This document shows, piece by piece, positions 33,849-38,156 of a stretch of 38,156 nucleotides of DNA. The translations under genes and the position numbers were made by a program. The stretch comes from Octopus bimaculoides (taxonomy: Eukaryota): assembly GCF_001194135.2 (NCBI RefSeq), contig NC_068997.1, forward strand, positions 21,580,917 through 21,619,072. Direction: 5' to 3'. Positions within the stretch are counted from its first letter, which is position 1. Each line of letters opens with the position of its first letter. The notes beneath the pieces are model-generated. The model saw nothing but the letters and a program-made list of their open reading frames with translations, made no database searches and had not been told where the DNA came from.

Positions 33849-35594
33849 GTAATATATCGAAGCGTAATTTTCGCAAGACAACTACCAATCAACTATCTAC
33901 ACCGATGCGTAGACCAGCAAACTATCTCTGGACATGCAACCAGCGCATATATTTTTTTTCGAAAATAGGCACTGCGATCTAAACTTTCTTCCAGTGAAAC
34001 GGTTAATTTAGAAAATTTATTGCCTATTTCTACCGAAACCACCCTCTCGATCATTTGATCAAATTTATTCTTCAATTGGTCTTTTTGTAGAGATTTAACT
34101 TCTTAAAAAAAATAAGTAACAACAAAGAGCAAAGTACAAAACAAAACAAAAAAAAAAAAGTCTTTGAAAACACTTAAATTTACCAAGCCTTCGAATAAAT
34201 TTCTTTTTACTTCGTTCGTGCGTGTAATATCGGGCTTGGAACATCTTTAAGAAAGAAAACTGATTACTACGATAAGAATCAGGCAACAAATACATACATC
34301 AGGTAAACTGAATGTATACACATTATATATATATATATATATATNNNNNNNNNNNNNNNNNNNNNNNNNNNNNNNNNNNNNNNNNNNNNNNNNNNNNNNN
34401 NNNNNNNNNNNNNNNNNNNNNNNNNNNNNNNNNNNNNNNNNNNNNNNNNNNNNNNNNNNNNNNNNNNNNNNNNNNNNNNNNNNNNNNNNNNNNNNNNNNN
34501 NNNNNNNNNNNNNNNNNNNNNNNNNNNNNNNNNNNNNNNNNNNNNNNNNNNNNNNNNNNNNNNNNNNNNNNNNNNNNNNNNNNNNNNNNNNNNNNNNNNN
34601 NNNNNNNNNNNNNNNNNNNNNNNNNNNNNNNNNNNNNNNNNNNNNNNNNNNNNNNNNNNNNNNNNNNNNNNNNNNNNNNNNNNNNNNNNNNNNNNNNNNN
34701 NNNNNNNNNNNNNNNNNNNNNNNNNNNNNNNNNNNNNNNNNNNNNNNNNNNNNNNNNNNNNNNNNNNNNNNNNNNNNNNNNNNNNNNNNNNNNNNNNNNN
34801 NNNNNNNNNNNNNNNNNNNNNNNNNNNNNNNNNNNNNNNNNNNNNNNNNNNNNNNNNNNNNNNNNNNNNNNNNNNNNNNNNNNNNNNNNNNNNNNNNNNN
34901 NNNNNNNNNNNNNNNNNNNNNNNNNNNNNNNNNNNNNNNNNNNTATATATAGATATATATATACAGATATATATATGACGTATGTGAGTGATCGGAGATG
35001 TGATACGTGTAAAAAGATGTGATCGTGAATTTGTTAAATGCAAAAACGTAGAACAAAGAATGAGAAAGAAGATGTTTGCGTTCACATACACATGCGCACA
35101 CACACTCACACGCATGCACACGCACACACACACACACACACACCCACACACACACACACACTCACACATATACAGCTTATTATCTTTACTTACCATTTTT
35201 TTAAAAATAGGAACAATTCTATCTCTCTTTTTAATGGTAAGGGGGAGTTTAATTAAATAGATTGTAAATCTTTAATAAATAAATTTCAAAGTGAGATTAA
35301 TCTAGAGTATAATCCTTATAAAGGATAAATCAAAGTAGAAGCAAATAAGTGATATTCATGATATTCATGCTGTGTGCATATGTGTGCGAGAAGTTCATGA
35401 CAGTTAGAAATTTCTGGAATTCAGAAAATCTCTTGAAAAATATATTAGTATAGGCCTTAGCCATGTGAATAAAAATTTAATTTATAAATCCAGTAGATCT
35501 GTGTTCAATATCACTCCGCAGAACTTTTGGAGAATTTTTTTCTTCTTGAGCTTCTGCTCGATTAACAAATTCCTTGTTTGCGAAATTGGATATC

Positions 35595-36075
35595 TTTTAT
35601 CTTTTACATGTTTCAATCACTGGGGTACAGCCATGCAACAGCCCCACCATAAAGGGATTTAATTGAACAAATCAACCAAGGCACTTTTTTTCTCTTGTTT
35701 AAAGCCCGTTACTTATTCTATCGGTAACTTTTGTCAAACCGCTACGTTACGGGGGACGTAAACGAACAACACCGGTGGTGGTGACAGCTGAGCAGATTTT
35801 GAAGTTAGGGTCAATAGAAGAGAAGTAGCCTATGGATTAAAAGTACCCTTTGGTAGTGAGCCCTAGAGACAAAATTATGGAGACGTAAATCAACAACACC
35901 GGTTATCATGCAGTGGTTATGAGACAAACACAAACACACACAAATATGCATGNNNNNNNNNNATATATATACACACATACATACACACGATGTTCTTTCA
36001 GTTTCTTCCAACTAAATCCACTGAAAAGGCGCTGGTTGTCCAGGTACTATAGTAGAAGGTACATGCTTGGGGAGG
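35595..36075 (-). mobile_element. SINE family A, degenerate, with internal partial duplication and insert
   Basis: tcttttacatgtttcaatc..gaacaaatcaacc..ttacttattctatcggt..ccgctacgttacggggg..aacaccggt (twice)..tttcagtttcttccaactaaatccact..actatagtagaag. Confidence 0.8.
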
Positions 36076-36146
36076 AATGCAGATTGTTTTAGAGGAGGAA
36101 AATTCATTATATTGCACGATTCAAGGAAAGCACTGTATTAAAATTT

Positions 36147-36537
36147 CATAGTGGCTGTATGGTAATAAGCTTGCTTCCCAACCACTGCGTGACACTTTAG
36201 GCAAGCGACTTCTATTTTAGCCTCGGGCGAACCAAAGACTTGTGAGTGGATTGGGTAGACGGAAATTGAAAGAAGCCCGTCGTATTATGTATATACATTT
36301 ATATATGTGAGTGTGTGTCTGTGTTTGTCCCCCACCACCCCCACCATCGCTTGACAACCGATGCTGGTGTGTTTGGGCCCCCGTAACTTAACGGTTCGGC
36401 AAAAGAGACCGGTAGAATAAGCACTAGGCTTAGAAAGAATAAGTCCTGGGGCCAATTTGTTCGACTAAATGCGGTGCTCCAGCGTGGCCACAGTCAAATG
36501 ACTGAAACAAATAAAAGAATAAGAGAATAAAAGAATA
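36147..36537 (+). mobile_element. SINE family A, near full length
   Basis: catagtggctgtatggtaataagcttgcttccc..ttaggcaagcgacttcta..gtagacggaaattgaaagaagcccgtcg..catcgcttgacaaccgatgctggtgtg..cagtcaaatgactgaaacaaataaaagaata. Confidence 0.93.
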
Positions 36538-36757
36538 TCTAACTTTTCAATAATCCGAAATATTAGCTTAGAAAGATTCTGTGAAATAGCCAATTTTTTT
36601 TCCATTATTGGTCACTGTTTCGTGAGAACACAGATAACTGAATTTTATTTTTCCTATAATGATGCTTCTATTTTCGCTCTATATGACCATTTAACCATTG
36701 TGGGGGCTAATGCAGTTTCGCACTTCTCCTTGAAAGATGCATTCCTTAAAAAAAAAA

Positions 36758-37587
36758 TTTTTCGGATTCCTACGTTTTAGAAGTCGGAGATTATGAAGAT
36801 GCAAAAAAAAANNNNNNNNNNNNNNNNNNNNNNNNNNNNNNNNNNNNNNNNNNNNNNNNNNNNNNNNNNNNNNNNNNNNNNNNNNNNNNNNNNNNNNNNN
36901 NNNNNNNNNNNNNNNNNNNNNNNNNNNNNNNNNNNNNNNNNNNNNNNNNNNNNNNNNNNNNNNNNNNNNNNNNNNNNNNNNNNNNNCAATCCCCCACCTC
37001 TCGCCTCCCCCTCAATTTAAATTTTTGATTTTGTTTACTTTAAAGAGAATGTAGCGAATTGACAAACATATGCAAATCGAAATTCAAAAAAGACAAAAAC
37101 ATTATAGTGAAAAAAATTTGCGTTTTACTTGTTTGCCTTAAATTATCGTAAATAATAATATAATGTAAATTAAATATACACCATTTTATGAGAAACAAAC
37201 ATTAATATTTAATAATTAATGTTATAAAGTTTAATAAGGGGCTCAAATTTAACCCTTCCCCAATTTTAAATTTTGAACTTTTTCATCCATTTATTTATTT
37301 GTCTTCTATATATTTATCCCTGTCTGTTTATTCATAAAATATATTTGTCAGCTAAAAATGGCGGTCCTATAGAAAACGGTGTTACTGTTGTCTTTAGCCT
37401 CAGGAAGACATTCATATCTCTCTATCTCTTTATACATATATCTCTATGCTTACTGAATTTAAAAGTTTCAAAACGTGTTTTTTTTTGCATATCCAGAATC
37501 TCCGTCATCTAAAACATAGGGAAAAAAAAATTTCGAAAAAGTTCAAAATTTTTTTTTGCATATTCGTAATCTCCGGCATCAAAAACG
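36758..37587. mobile_element. Possible DNA-transposon relic with subterminal inverted and tandem ~50-bp repeats
   Basis: 36760-36811 is inverted relative to about 37474-37545, and a further partial direct copy follows at about 37550-37587. Confidence 0.45.
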
Positions 37588-37737
37588 GTGCTTGACTGCT
37601 ACTTATTTCACCGACCCCCGAAATGATGAGAGACAAGGTCCACCTCGGTAGAATTTGAACTTAAAGCGTAAAGAGCAGGAAGAAAAATCACAAAGCATTT
37701 TGTTTGACATACTAACTATTATGCCAGCTCGCTGCTT
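37588..37737 (-). mobile_element. SINE family B copy
   Basis: tacttatttcaccgacccccgaaatgatgagagacaaggtccacctcggtagaatttgaac..aaagcattttgtttg..tgccagctcgctgctt. Confidence 0.85.
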
Positions 37738-38125
37738 AGGATGATGATAATGAGAATAATAATAATGATAATAACAATGGAGGCTTTGTGCCTATGTACA
37801 AAAAAAAAAGAGAAAGAAATCAATGCCTTCATAGATATGACGAACGTTGAAGCGAGAGAATAGTCAATGAGTCGAAAATGCAGCAAAGAAGAGCGGTCGT
37901 AAAGAAAATATACGCTTTATGTTAAGTGTGAAAGCAATTAATGAGCAATTGTCGGTGTAATTTCCATCTTAAAAACGCCATTTGTAATGATGTTTATGCA
38001 ATAGAATAAATATAAAAACTGAAGTAAGAGAGATATAAATACAACGGTGGAAGACATAGATAAATAAATGAAGAGATAAAAAGTTTTATTTCTTGCTCTT
38101 TACCTAACTGACTTATCTTATTTGG

Positions 38126-38127
<2 letters not shown>

Positions 38128-38156
<29 letters not shown>
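38128..38156. repeat. (TA)n microsatellite
   Basis: Read directly. Confidence 0.97.

Overview
Repeat-rich, AT-rich eukaryotic non-coding DNA, probably intronic or intergenic, from a gapped short-read-style assembly with 13 N-runs, many flanked by (TA)n. The microsatellite load and the tRNA-headed SINE families resemble those I know from Octopus/coleoid cephalopods; this is inference from recalled repeat sequence, not a database hit. I cannot support any intact protein-coding gene. Nearly all supplied ORFs are translations of microsatellites, SINEs or N gaps. The window contains: (i) about 12 copies or fragments of a CORE-like SINE with a central (TA)/(TG) tract and a (TAAAAGAG)n-type tail (family A); (ii) about 14 copies of a shorter SINE carrying a CCTTTCATCCTT..GGTCGATAAAAT module (family B); (iii) about 4 copies of a third dispersed repeat (family C); (iv) Tc1/mariner MITEs and a transposase remnant; (v) many simple repeats. 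The best second-look items are a ~250-bp palindrome apparently seeded by the small terminal hairpin of a SINE (20427-20674), two degenerate hammerhead-ribozyme-like folds (9383-9427 minus, 13990-14075 plus), closely spaced inverted SINE pairs that could form dsRNA, a tRNA-Thr(GGT)-like relic inside an inverted repeat, and a few weak candidate exons. No clear novel multi-gene system is visible. SINE boundaries are by-eye estimates, good to about 10-20 bp.
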